Both the position numbers and the translations under genes were made by a program. Positions 20,346 through 29,339 of a DNA stretch of 40,380 bases are shown here, one piece after another (the stretch's first letter is position 1; every line of letters begins with the position of its first letter). This DNA is from Chlamydiota bacterium (GTDB taxonomy: Bacteria > Chlamydiota > Chlamydiia > Chlamydiales > JAJFMA01): NCBI GenBank assembly GCA_021772415.1, contig JAJFMA010000096.1, positions 1 through 40,380 on the forward strand. Reading direction: 5' to 3'. Under the pieces are notes generated by a model, which worked only from the letters and a program-made list of their open reading frames with translations, had not been told where the DNA came from and did no database searches.

Positions 20346-20581
20346 TTTCTCGAGTGGACAAGGCTAAGCCATACACGAACCGCACGGTAGGGCCCCTTTA
20401 TCTCCGGCCCCTTTATCCCCGCATGCGTTCACCATGACCTCGAGCTTTCCACGGCGGCACACATACTTTTTCCTTGCCCTAGTTCCCCTTGGGCGTGTTG
20501 GCTTTTAATGATTTGTCTGTTATTTTGACTGCTTTCAAAAATCACGGTTTCTCCGTCACCCGCAACTGGTAACGACTCTTT

Positions 20582-23113
20582 ATGGATAAGCGCACTTTAT
20601 TCTTTTTTGTGTCTTTGACGCTGACGCTTTTTGTTGTGAACCTATTCTTTCAATACCAGAATCAGGGCACCAACAAGAAATGGGTCGAGCAGCAGAAAGC
20701 CCTACAGCAACAGCACCAGGAAAAGTTGTTGGTGGAGCTATCCGAGCGCACGAGTAAGCCGAATGAGCTTCCTTTGGTGGAGCTTTTCTCCGACAGCCAA
20801 GGCAACAGTTATGTGACTACTGGCGTCAAAGTTGATGATGCCATTCTAGTCCTTTCTTGGTCGGGAGCTCTTCCGAAGACGTTATATTCTCGTGAATGGG
20901 GTTCGCGGAAAACGCCACAAGCGCTATCTCTTCGCACAGAAGCCCCGCGCAGTGGTGAGCCTGCAATTTATAGTCGCAGTGCCACTGGGACGCTACGTAT
21001 TGCAGACCTCGAAGATGTGGGCACCTTTGACCTGCAGTTGATGAGCGCCGCTCCACGTCTAAGTTCCGAGGAGGTGCGCATTTCTTTGGGGCGTCTGCGT
21101 GACGGAAACTTCTCCCTTCCTGCTGAAGACTTAGAGATCACAGTGGATGAGCAGGCGGCATTTTTGCCAGGGCGCGACGCGATCATCTTACGGAAGACAA
21201 GTCAGGGTTATCTTCCTGCTGCGGTCTATTCTCTGGAACACAGCACTCTTTTCCGTCTCGAGGACTTTGAGGGGTTGGGGGCTGTGGAAGTGGTATCCGA
21301 AGTTCCCGAGATCCCTATGGGTACGGGAATCGCGGACCAGAAGTACTACGTGCTAGAAAACGCCTTTGTGCAGTTGGTTTTCACTAATGTTGGAGGAGCT
21401 CTTTCTGAAATCAACCTCCCGTTCGAGACTGAGGAGAACCCGAAAAGCGTTGTGAAGGAGATTGAGCTTGACCGCGAGATGATGGAGAAGCACCCTGCTG
21501 ACGCCCACTTCCCAGCTCACGGCTACTACACCACAGGTACTGCACACGATGGCACATCGACATTCCATGCGAAGGGTCATGAAAGCGGGTACTACCCACT
21601 TCTGAGGCGCGATGTCATCGCTGCCAATGGAAGCACGGAGACGGCGATCAACCCGCACTTTTACTCGACTAATATTGTGTCCGAGTATCCTGAGATGGCG
21701 CAGCGTCCGTATACGGTGAAGCGATTCACCAAAAACCAGATTGTATTCGAGTCGCAGCAGAGCCGTCGACGTATCACTAAGACCTATACACTATCTGATG
21801 CGGCTCCCTATGTTGTGGACCTCACGATCGACGTTGATGGCGACGCGAAGGGACTTTGGCTGACATCTGGAGTTCCTGAGGTGGAGCTTGTCTCTGGGTA
21901 TCCGGCACCTGCCATCAAGTATCGCTTTACGCGTTTTGACAAGAGTGAAGTCACTTCTGTGGATTTGCCTAAGGACACGATTGCTTTTAGTTCTTTCCAT
22001 CCGGACTGGATTACCAATTCCAATGGTTTCTTCGGATTAATTGTCGATCCTCTCTCGGAGATTGACCCAGGGTACAAAGCTACGCGGGTTTCGAGCCGTA
22101 GCGCTCCTACGCGTCTGATGCAGCTTAGTGCTGGTCAAGACTCTCATGGAGCACCTAAAGAATTCCCAGGGTATCAGCTTCTCCTACCTCTTAAGGGTAG
22201 TGGAGGCAGTATGCAGTTCCGACTGTTCACAGGTCCTTTTGCTAGCGACATATTGGAACGTGCCGACGAAGCCTTCAGTGACCCTGCAACGGGCTACAAC
22301 CCTGAGTACACTTCGGCACAAAGCTATCATGGGTGGGCGAGTTTCATTTCGGAGCCGTTCTCAAAGTTCCTTTTTGCGTTGATGCGGTTTTTCCACCATC
22401 TGACGGGGTCGTGGGCCTTTTCGATCATTCTATTGACGATAGCGCTAAGGCTTATGTTGTATCCACTGAATGCGTGGTCGACGAAGTCGGCTCTACGCAT
22501 GCAGAAGCTTGGTCCAAAAGTGGCTGCTCTTAACGAGAAATACAAAAAAGACCCCAAGAAGGCTCAGATGGAGACCTTCAACCTTTATCGTGAGGAAGGG
22601 GTAAACCCCATGTCGGGTTGCTTTCCGTTGATCATACAGATGCCTTTCTTGATCGGTATGTATGATCTGCTGAAATCGACGTTTGAACTTAGAGGCGCCA
22701 CATTCATCCCTGGATGGATCGATGACCTTGCTGCGCCAGATGTGCTGTTTACATGGGGACAGCCCATTCCGTTTATTGGGAATGAATTTCACCTACTGCC
22801 TCTGATTTTGGGTGCGTGCATGTTCCTTCAGCAGCGCATGATGTCTCCGGCTCCTAGCGATCCGAACCTAATGACGGACCAGCAGCGTCAGGCTCGTGCT
22901 ATGACGACGATGATGGCGCCGATGTTCACGATCATGTTCTACCACTTCCCTTCTGGTTTGAGCATCTACTGGATTTCATCGACGGTAGTCGGAGTGCTGC
23001 AGCAATGGATCACTGCGCGTCAGCTTAACAAGGAGAGCTCTGAAAAGGCCTCTGACTCGGGGTCTGGGTCGACACCAAGCAAACAGGGCAAGCCTAAGAA
23101 AAGGAAGGCATAG
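20582..23113 (+). CDS. yidC: Membrane protein insertase YidC (long chlamydial type)
   Basis: MDKRTLFF N-terminus, SWAFSIILLTIALRLMLYPL, NPMSGCFPLIIQMP and PSGLSIYW. Confidence 0.95.
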   Translation: MDKRTLFFFVSLTLTLFVVNLFFQYQNQGTNKKWVEQQKALQQQHQEKLLVELSERTSKPNELPLVELFSDSQGNSYVTTGVKVDDAILVLSWSGALPKTLYSREWGSRKTPQALSLRTEAPRSGEPAIYSRSATGTLRIADLEDVGTFDLQLMSAAPRLSSEEVRISLGRLRDGNFSLPAEDLEITVDEQAAFLPGRDAIILRKTSQGYLPAAVYSLEHSTLFRLEDFEGLGAVEVVSEVPEIPMGTGIADQKYYVLENAFVQLVFTNVGGALSEINLPFETEENPKSVVKEIELDREMMEKHPADAHFPAHGYYTTGTAHDGTSTFHAKGHESGYYPLLRRDVIAANGSTETAINPHFYSTNIVSEYPEMAQRPYTVKRFTKNQIVFESQQSRRRITKTYTLSDAAPYVVDLTIDVDGDAKGLWLTSGVPEVELVSGYPAPAIKYRFTRFDKSEVTSVDLPKDTIAFSSFHPDWITNSNGFFGLIVDPLSEIDPGYKATRVSSRSAPTRLMQLSAGQDSHGAPKEFPGYQLLLPLKGSGGSMQFRLFTGPFASDILERADEAFSDPATGYNPEYTSAQSYHGWASFISEPFSKFLFALMRFFHHLTGSWAFSIILLTIALRLMLYPLNAWSTKSALRMQKLGPKVAALNEKYKKDPKKAQMETFNLYREEGVNPMSGCFPLIIQMPFLIGMYDLLKSTFELRGATFIPGWIDDLAAPDVLFTWGQPIPFIGNEFHLLPLILGACMFLQQRMMSPAPSDPNLMTDQQRQARAMTTMMAPMFTIMFYHFPSGLSIYWISSTVVGVLQQWITARQLNKESSEKASDSGSGSTPSKQGKPKKRKA

Positions 23114-23961
23114 TGCGTGACATGATCTCACGCCTGTGGGTGTTGCTATGTATATTTGTGAGTGCGGGATACTGTGCTGATCCACAAATTGACATCGTTG
23201 CGCTGTCGGTCTTGCAGGACAACTATGCTTATGTGATTCGTTGGGAGGACAAAGCTATCGTCATCGACCCTGGCGAGGGTTGTCCTGTAGCGTCCTATAT
23301 TCATGTTAACAAGCTCAAGCTTGTGGCGATCCTCAACACGCACCATCACTGGGACCATGTCGACGGCAACCTTGGCCTCAAGGAATGGAGTCAATGTCGC
23401 ATCTATGGACCTAAAGACCGTCGCATCCCTGGCCTTGACCAAGGTCTTGCTGACGGGGAGAGGATCCAGTTTGGTCCTATCGAGGTCATCGCTATTGGCA
23501 CTCCTGGCCACACGCGTTCGCACCAGGCTTTTTATATTCCGAAGCTCAAAGCTCTATTTACAGGTGATTGTATCTTTGGTGCAGGCTGTGGATATCTTTT
23601 TGAGGGCACTCCTGCCAATTTGATGACGGCATTTGAGAACATACTCGCTTTGCCTGAAGAGACACTTCTCTACTATGGACATGAGTACACTCTCAATAAT
23701 ATGCGCTTTGCTTACGAAATAGACCCTGAGAACACAGCTGTGACAGATCGCTTCATCCGTGTTGCTAAGCTCCGCAAAGAGGGTCTTCCTTCGGTTCCTG
23801 AACGTCTCGATGTCGAGAAGAAGACAAACCCCTTCATGCGCTACGATGATACAGGGTTCCGCGAGCGTTTGGGCATTCCTGAAACTGCTTCACATGAAGC
23901 ATTTTTTAACGAGATCGTGGCTCTTAAGCAGCGCTTCAATGCCTCGCAGCGTGGCCGGTAA
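23113..23961 (+). CDS. gloB: Hydroxyacylglutathione hydrolase (glyoxalase II)
   Basis: DNYAY, THHHWDH, TPGHT, FTGD..F..GCG, GHEYT and EKKTNPF; alternative ATG at 23122. Confidence 0.9.
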   Translation: MRDMISRLWVLLCIFVSAGYCADPQIDIVALSVLQDNYAYVIRWEDKAIVIDPGEGCPVASYIHVNKLKLVAILNTHHHWDHVDGNLGLKEWSQCRIYGPKDRRIPGLDQGLADGERIQFGPIEVIAIGTPGHTRSHQAFYIPKLKALFTGDCIFGAGCGYLFEGTPANLMTAFENILALPEETLLYYGHEYTLNNMRFAYEIDPENTAVTDRFIRVAKLRKEGLPSVPERLDVEKKTNPFMRYDDTGFRERLGIPETASHEAFFNEIVALKQRFNASQRGR

Positions 23962-24012
23962 AGAATTTGCCTGAGAAACCAGCTAGTGGCTCCTCAGGCA
24001 TAGTGGGTATAT

Positions 24013-24804
24013 TTATGCGTTGTCTGGTGCACGCTTACGTCGTGCAGCCCACGCGAAAGTAAGCAGCGACCCCATCAGTAGATAGGTGCCAGGCTCGGGC
24101 ACTGTTGTTTGTAGTGCGATACTGGTATCAATACGGAATGACGATGCCGACGTATGTCTTTCTGCAAAGAAGAGATCAAAGTCGTAATCGTTTCCAATGA
24201 CAAGGCCTAGGGACCCAGCAACAGCATCTAGTGAGACGCTATCAGTCAATGCCGCATGCACTCCGCCGAGGTCTATAACTAGCTGATCATTGATGAAGAC
24301 AAACACATCATCGTCTCCGGTGAACGTAAATTCCTCTCCACCTTGGTAGGTAAATGACGAATGTATTTCATAGGTAAAGTGGTAATTGTGTGGATTACCT
24401 TCGTTCCCCATGAGCTGTCCGTCAATAGGAAAGAAGTCATTGTTGACATAGGTATATACGTTTGGATCGACAGTGATTGTATTGTCTAGCGTGATGCCTA
24501 ATGAGGTACTCTGGTTGACACCCCCAACATCGCGATACCACTGATCAAAATTGGTTTGTCCGGAAGTGGATGGATTTCCTGCTAGTCCAGCGTAGACAGG
24601 CTTCTTGTCTCCTCCAAGGTTATCCTCAACGATACCTGGGTCCACTCCGTTGTAGTTCTCGAAATCAGGATGTGATGACGAGAAGTCTCGCACTGTTCCT
24701 GACAGATTGAATGTAGCCGCGTTCGCAGACGTAGGAACAAACACAGAGGCTGCACAAAGAGCCAGGGCAGTTGCAGCGCAAAAACGCTTAAAATAACTAA
24801 ACAT
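24013..24804 (-). CDS. Fibro-slime domain protein with PEP-CTERM sorting signal
   Basis: Signal peptide, RDF...HPDFE, FFPID, HNYHFT, FTGDDDVFVFIN..LVIDLGGVH and FFAERH; ends VPEP, TM helix, RRKR. Confidence 0.9.
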   Translation of the reverse strand: MFSYFKRFCAATALALCAASVFVPTSANAATFNLSGTVRDFSSSHPDFENYNGVDPGIVEDNLGGDKKPVYAGLAGNPSTSGQTNFDQWYRDVGGVNQSTSLGITLDNTITVDPNVYTYVNNDFFPIDGQLMGNEGNPHNYHFTYEIHSSFTYQGGEEFTFTGDDDVFVFINDQLVIDLGGVHAALTDSVSLDAVAGSLGLVIGNDYDFDLFFAERHTSASSFRIDTSIALQTTVPEPGTYLLMGSLLTFAWAARRKRAPDNA

Positions 24805-24999
24805 GACGCACCTATTAATTTTATTAATGTAATATTTAGTAACGCATAATTAAATACAGTTACATATTAATGATAGCTATAAAAATATTTAATTAAAAAC
24901 CGCTTAAGAACTACTCTGAACCTATTTAAGTCTAAAGCACACGAAACCAGTAACTTATGAAAAATATTTTTTTTACATACGTTTGCGCTGAGAATGCTG

Positions 25000-26220
25000 C
25001 TAGTGATTTGCTGCAGGTTTGGGACTGCTCACTCTATGCTGGGCTTGCCCTCTTCGGCGTGCACGCCAAACGAGCCATGCCCCTAGAAGCACGAAAGGAA
25101 TACTGAGGAGCTGCCCGGTCTGCAGAAGAGACTCTTCGGCGAAGCCTCCCTGGGAGACCTTAAAATACTCCATAAGGATACGCCATCCGAATACGAGTAC
25201 AAAGAACCATCCGACTAGAAGACCGGGACGGCCACGATGCGCACCACGGGCCCACATGCGGTATAGAATAAAGAAAACGGCAAGGTAGAACATGCCTTCG
25301 TATAGCTGAACGGGATGTCTGGGCACTGGGGAGCCCCCTTCTGCGGGGTGTCCAAACACGATGGCCCACGGCATGCTTGTAGGCAGTCCAATGATCTCTT
25401 GATTAAAGAAATTTCCCAGGCGGATGCAAAAAGCGACTATGGCTGTGGGAACAGCAACAAGGTCAAGGATAGACCAAAAACTTGCTTGAGGCATACGCCT
25501 ACGCGCCATTATGGTGAAGGCAGCGATGGCAAGCATCACACCAATGGTGCCCCCGTGACTGGCGAGGCCTCCGTGCCACACCATAAAAATCTCTAAGGGG
25601 TGTTCCTTGTAGTAGTCCCACCCATAAAAGAAGACTTGCCCAAGTCGGGCTCCTACAATGGTACCTACAACAGTAAACCAGCAAAGGTGGTCTGTCAGCG
25701 CCAACGCCACTTCCCGCGTTGTCGCAAGAGCTCCAGCAAGTACTCGTTGAAGAGTTAGTCGGGCACGTACAACTTTGGTGTCTCCTAGCTGGAGGGCAAC
25801 ACGCCGGTCCACGGGCTCAAGAAAATCCCCTGCAATTCTCTCGAGATCCGACTCCGAAAGCAGTTTGCATAGCGCATCTGTAACCGCGTATTGGAGTTTT
25901 GGATCTTCCGAGTGGCCTCCGTCTATAAGAGCACATGTGTCCTTGTTTAGCGTCCGATAAATCACGTGTAATGGGTCTGCTGAATTGGAGCTAGCGGACT
26001 GTAGACGTGCCACAAGGTTTTGCCAATCGGTGATATGTGCGGGTGTGAGTGTAGGAACGACTAACAGTTCACGAGTAAACATTCCGATGATGATAAAATA
26101 GGCCACGATGAAACCGAGCGCAAACAGGGCTCCGTACCACCCAACTGGATGTCCTATCCATGGAATAGTAAATAGGTCACGAGAGGGGTCCCAAGTAAAG
26201 AGATAGGCAAAATACATCAT
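25000..26220 (-). CDS. lgt: Prolipoprotein diacylglyceryl transferase with an internal insertion
   Basis: WYG, GARLG, GGLASHGG, IRLGNFFNQE and RHPVQLYE; start uncertain (ORF extends to 26265). Confidence 0.93.
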   Translation of the reverse strand: MMYFAYLFTWDPSRDLFTIPWIGHPVGWYGALFALGFIVAYFIIIGMFTRELLVVPTLTPAHITDWQNLVARLQSASSNSADPLHVIYRTLNKDTCALIDGGHSEDPKLQYAVTDALCKLLSESDLERIAGDFLEPVDRRVALQLGDTKVVRARLTLQRVLAGALATTREVALALTDHLCWFTVVGTIVGARLGQVFFYGWDYYKEHPLEIFMVWHGGLASHGGTIGVMLAIAAFTIMARRRMPQASFWSILDLVAVPTAIVAFCIRLGNFFNQEIIGLPTSMPWAIVFGHPAEGGSPVPRHPVQLYEGMFYLAVFFILYRMWARGAHRGRPGLLVGWFFVLVFGWRILMEYFKVSQGGFAEESLLQTGQLLSIPFVLLGAWLVWRARRRGQAQHRVSSPKPAANH

Positions 26221-26329
26221 AATCGTCGAATACATGCTGTTATCGAAGACGTAGTTTACTCTCACTGGGGTTTTCTAGCAAAGAGCGTAGTCAATGCTGA
26301 TAGACCCTGATTGCCACCCAAGCCTTTGC

Positions 26330-26639
26330 GAGAGTGTAAAGAAATAGCACAAGGATATAAATCACGATAAATTGTTCATAAGGCCCGAAGGGACGACTCA
26401 TTGTAGCCCCACCCGGGAGGGTGGGGTAAGATTCAAAAGAAATCTGAGGCCTGTAAGGCCGACTCGTGGCTCCATAAGCGCTTCACAAGTATCTGTGAGG
26501 CATGAGTCGGCCTTACAGGCCTCCTGAATTTTCTATGCTTGACCCCACCCTCCCGGGTGGGGCTACAATGAGTCGCCCCTTCGGGACTCATGAAAAGTCA
26601 ACGATTTCTCAATCGATCTCGGGATTTCTTTACACTCTT
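26330..26639. mobile_element. 310-bp non-autonomous MITE-like element carrying a REP-like long hairpin
   Basis: TIRs GAGAGTGTAAAGAAAT / ATTTCTTTACACTCTT (15/16); TGC on both flanks; internal 43-bp (42/43) and perfect 20-bp inverted repeats. Confidence 0.8.
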
Positions 26640-26853
26640 TGCTAGGTTCTGCCCAAGGTTTTGGAAGCACTGTGGATCTTAGTTTTTTTGGTAAAGGAGA
26701 TAACCGTTAAGAAGTGTCACTTTGTCAGGGTTAGTTCCCACTCTCTGAAAATGCGCCTCTCAAGCCCGGATGCATACTAATTATTTTGAATAATATATTG
26801 ATCTTGTTACAATATAAACTATTAGTTATCAACATGCTATAGAGAGATTTTAA

Positions 26854-27381
26854 ATGATAAAACAACTAATTAGAATTATTTTCATTATCTCCATCTCAGT
26901 ATTACCCGTGGATATGCAGTCGATACCTACGGCAAGCGACGAGATCACTGCCAGGGGACAGCGTGGTGACCAACATGCGCGTCAGGGTCGGCAGCGGCAG
27001 CGATCGCATGCTAGAGAGCCTGTAAAGAAGCAGCAGGTCAAGCACTACCCGAAGCATCGCCGTCAAGACCGTCGCCAGGACTATCGTCGCGATCGCATCG
27101 ATGATCGCCACGACACCCGCTATGTCTATGGCACTGGCGGCTACTACGACGACAACTACTTCTACTACGGCGAAAGTGACGACGACTACTATGACGATGA
27201 CGATTATGACTACGATGATACTGATGACTATGACGATAGCCGCTACGAAGACGAGTACAACGATCGCTCAGATGCAGACCTTTACTATGATAATCGTCGC
27301 TATGACAGTCGGCGCCGGTATGACGACGATGATGATGACTATGACGAACATGAAACACGTTTCGATCGCTACTTCAACTAG
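26854..27381 (+). CDS. Secreted low-complexity protein (Arg/Gln-rich, then Asp/Tyr-rich)
   Basis: 175 aa, hydrophobic N-terminus, AT-rich upstream region, strong compositional blocks. Confidence 0.7.
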   Translation: MIKQLIRIIFIISISVLPVDMQSIPTASDEITARGQRGDQHARQGRQRQRSHAREPVKKQQVKHYPKHRRQDRRQDYRRDRIDDRHDTRYVYGTGGYYDDNYFYYGESDDDYYDDDDYDYDDTDDYDDSRYEDEYNDRSDADLYYDNRRYDSRRRYDDDDDDYDEHETRFDRYFN

Positions 27382-27499
27382 CATTAGCAGAGAAGCGACT
27401 CGACCGCTAGCAACGAGATTAAACTTTTCTTTTAAAATAATTATAATATCAATATTATTATGATAGATGAGTGTATTAATTCGAAATAAAGGGGTTTTT

Positions 27500-27949
27500 A
27501 TGAAATATATAAATTTCATTGGAATATCATTTCTCTCTCTTGTGCTTTTTATCCCGACGGAACTGCCTGCTACTTTATCTATGGCTTCGTTCTCCGATAG
27601 CGACCTCATAGCAAGACGGGGCGGAGGAGGGCATCACTCACGCGGTGGAGGAGAGCGACACAATCATGGAAGCGGAGAGTCTTACCATCCACAACATGAA
27701 CGTCGAAACTCGAGTAACGATTCCGAGCACGAAAACACTGAGAGCGACAGTGAGTACCACCATGGCGGCCGACATAATGAACGGCACGATGATAATACCG
27801 AGGTGTATTACGGCGGCGACTACAACGACAGCGAGTCGTATAACGAAGAAAGCCAAAGCTATGAGAACGATGAGAATGGACCCTCCTCGTTGTCGCAGCC
27901 TGAGGGCTATTTCGAGTTCAACAAGTACTTTCCTGAGGACGACAACTAG
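27500..27949 (+). CDS. Secreted low-complexity Gly/His/Glu/Asp-rich protein
   Basis: ATG at 27500 after AAGGGG; signal-like MKYINFIGISFLSLVLFIP. Confidence 0.72.
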   Translation: MKYINFIGISFLSLVLFIPTELPATLSMASFSDSDLIARRGGGGHHSRGGGERHNHGSGESYHPQHERRNSSNDSEHENTESDSEYHHGGRHNERHDDNTEVYYGGDYNDSESYNEESQSYENDENGPSSLSQPEGYFEFNKYFPEDDN

Positions 27950-28030
27950 CCCAAAGTAGGATAGACGCTGCGTCCTACCACGTAGCTTGGAGTCCAGCGC
28001 CCTGAGATAATAAAATAATCGGAGGATACT

Positions 28031-28744
28031 ATGTACAAATTTTCAATACCATGGATAGCTGCGACACTTGCATGTGTGGCGCTGGCGTTCCCTGATAGCG
28101 CATCTGGTGGTTGGCAAGGTGAGGACGCGCTGCAGGTGGCAGCCCAAAGCTCGCACAGTGACCAGCTCGTAGCGCACGGTGGAGGTGGAGGCCGAGGCAG
28201 AGGCAGAGGTCCCAAGGGACATCCAGGCCGTGGACACGGAAAGCCAGGAGGCGCCTTTATGTACCAACGGGCATTTACGCGTTGGATCCAGGAGTATGGC
28301 TTTGAGCAGTATGGCGACGAGGACGCTGCAGATGCCGTCAAAGACTACGACGAGGTGGTTTCTGGCAAGAAGCTCATTCGCGCCAACATGAGTGATGATG
28401 GCTGGCTTCTGGGACTGGGTAATAAGATGGTTTTTGGAGCCGAAGATATCGATTTCATGCCCAAATACAGCACGATGGTAAAAGTGTATATGCTTGAGTC
28501 TTCCGACGAAGATTCTCCTAATCACTACATTTTGCATGCTGAAGACCATTATTTCTACGCAGCTCGGTTAGATAAGATGGTTAGCGACAAGCAAGAGGAA
28601 GTGAGGGATGAGCGACACGATAGATGGCGTAACAACGGACCACCGTGGAATCGTGGTCACGGTCATGGCCGTGGACGTCACGGACGCGGTGGAGGTCACC
28701 GTCAAGGAGACGGGGACCAAGATGATCACGACCAAGGCTGGTGA
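28031..28744 (+). CDS. Secreted protein with Gly/Arg/His-rich termini and a probable folded core
   Basis: GGAGG RBS, signal peptide, GGGGGRGRGRG and GHGHGRGRHGRGGGH tails. Confidence 0.75.
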   Translation: MYKFSIPWIAATLACVALAFPDSASGGWQGEDALQVAAQSSHSDQLVAHGGGGGRGRGRGPKGHPGRGHGKPGGAFMYQRAFTRWIQEYGFEQYGDEDAADAVKDYDEVVSGKKLIRANMSDDGWLLGLGNKMVFGAEDIDFMPKYSTMVKVYMLESSDEDSPNHYILHAEDHYFYAARLDKMVSDKQEEVRDERHDRWRNNGPPWNRGHGHGRGRHGRGGGHRQGDGDQDDHDQGW

Positions 28745-28773
28745 GTTGACGACCGTCCATAAGGGTAAAAAAC

Positions 28774-28806
28774 AAGCCCTCATAGAGAAATCTCTATGAG
28801 GGCTTT
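28774..28806. terminator. Bidirectional intrinsic terminator between the 28031-28744 gene and tRNA-Pro
   Basis: AAGCCCTCATAGAGA / TCTCTATGAGGGCTT perfect inverted repeat, A-tract on the left and TTT on the right. Confidence 0.8.
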
Positions 28807-28809
28807 CTG

Positions 28810-28884
28810 TCGGAGTAGAGGGATTCGAACCCCCGACCTACTGCTCCCAAAGCAGCCGCGCTAGCCAAGCTGCGCTATACTCCG
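28810..28884 (-). tRNA. tRNA-Pro(UGG), CCA not encoded
   Basis: Minus strand CGGAGTATAGCGCAGCTTGGCTAGCGCGGCTGCTTTGGGAGCAGTAGGTCGGGGGTTCGAATCCCTCTACTCCGA: cloverleaf, TTCGAAT T-loop, anticodon TGG. Confidence 0.97.
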
Positions 28885-28994
28885 TTGGTCATTGACATCA
28901 GAAACGTTAGCATACAAAGCCTTAACTGGCTAGATAAAATTCTATGTGTTAGCACCGAAATTCAAAGAGAGTGTAGCCCGCAGCAATGAAAAGG

Positions 28995-29033
28995 AACCAT
29001 GGAGGTCATGGAGATAGGAAGGAGGTCATGGAG
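28995..29033 (+). repeat. Solo arm of 9-nt periodic CATGGAG repeat
   Basis: AACCATGGAGGTCATGGAG..GGAGGTCATGGAG; similar to the reverse complement of the arm ending near 20345. Confidence 0.6.
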
Positions 29034-29077
29034 ATGAGCGTCTCAAGCTATCTTTTAACCCTGATTGAGTCCTACTT

Positions 29078-29339
29078 CTGAGGCCTGTAGAGAGTATAAA
29101 GAAACCTCAATGTTCCCTTTTTTTGGACCTTAAGGGCTCTTCGCATGCTGGTACGCTGTGGTTTCTTGACACTCTCGTAAGGGCGACACCGTAACATGAA
29201 ACATGTGTCGCACTTACAGCGCTTCGGAGCTTAATTTGTCTACCTGGGGCTACGCCCCAGGCTATACAGATTTCAGCCCCTCGGGCCTTATGAACAATTT
29301 ATCGTGATTTGTACCCCAGTGTTATTTCCTGACACTCTC
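29078..29339 (-). mobile_element. Partial, inverted relative of the 26330-26639 element
   Basis: 29277-29339 is the near reverse complement of 26330-26392 (shared AAATCACGATAAATTGTTCATAAGGCCCGA); contains REP-like CCTGGGGCTACGCCCCAGG. Confidence 0.75.
29090..29176. mobile_element. 87-bp MITE nested inside the previous element
   Basis: TIRs GAGAGTATAAAGAAACC / GGTTTCTTGACACTCTC (15/17); GTA duplicated at 29087-29089 and 29177-29179. Confidence 0.8.

Noticed and set aside
19956-20437. Short ORFs across the RAYT downstream array
   Set aside because: Products merely mirror the repeat; no convincing RBS
27101-27959. Thr/Met-rich alternative-frame ORFs (27101-27463, 27645-27959)
   Set aside because: Frame shadows of GAC/GAT/TAC-rich codons in the Asp/Tyr-rich genes
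28810-28884. tRNA-anchored integrative island
   Set aside because: No integrase and no duplicated tRNA 3' end seen in the window
28967-28976. GAGAGTGTAG as the missing left TIR of the 29078-29339 element
   Set aside because: Only 8-9 nt match, and the preceding 3-mer (AAA) does not match the right flank (TTC)
26330-29339. Composite transposon carrying the three secreted genes
   Set aside because: Outer flanks differ (TGC vs TTC), the left element has its own duplication, and the interval includes tRNA-Pro
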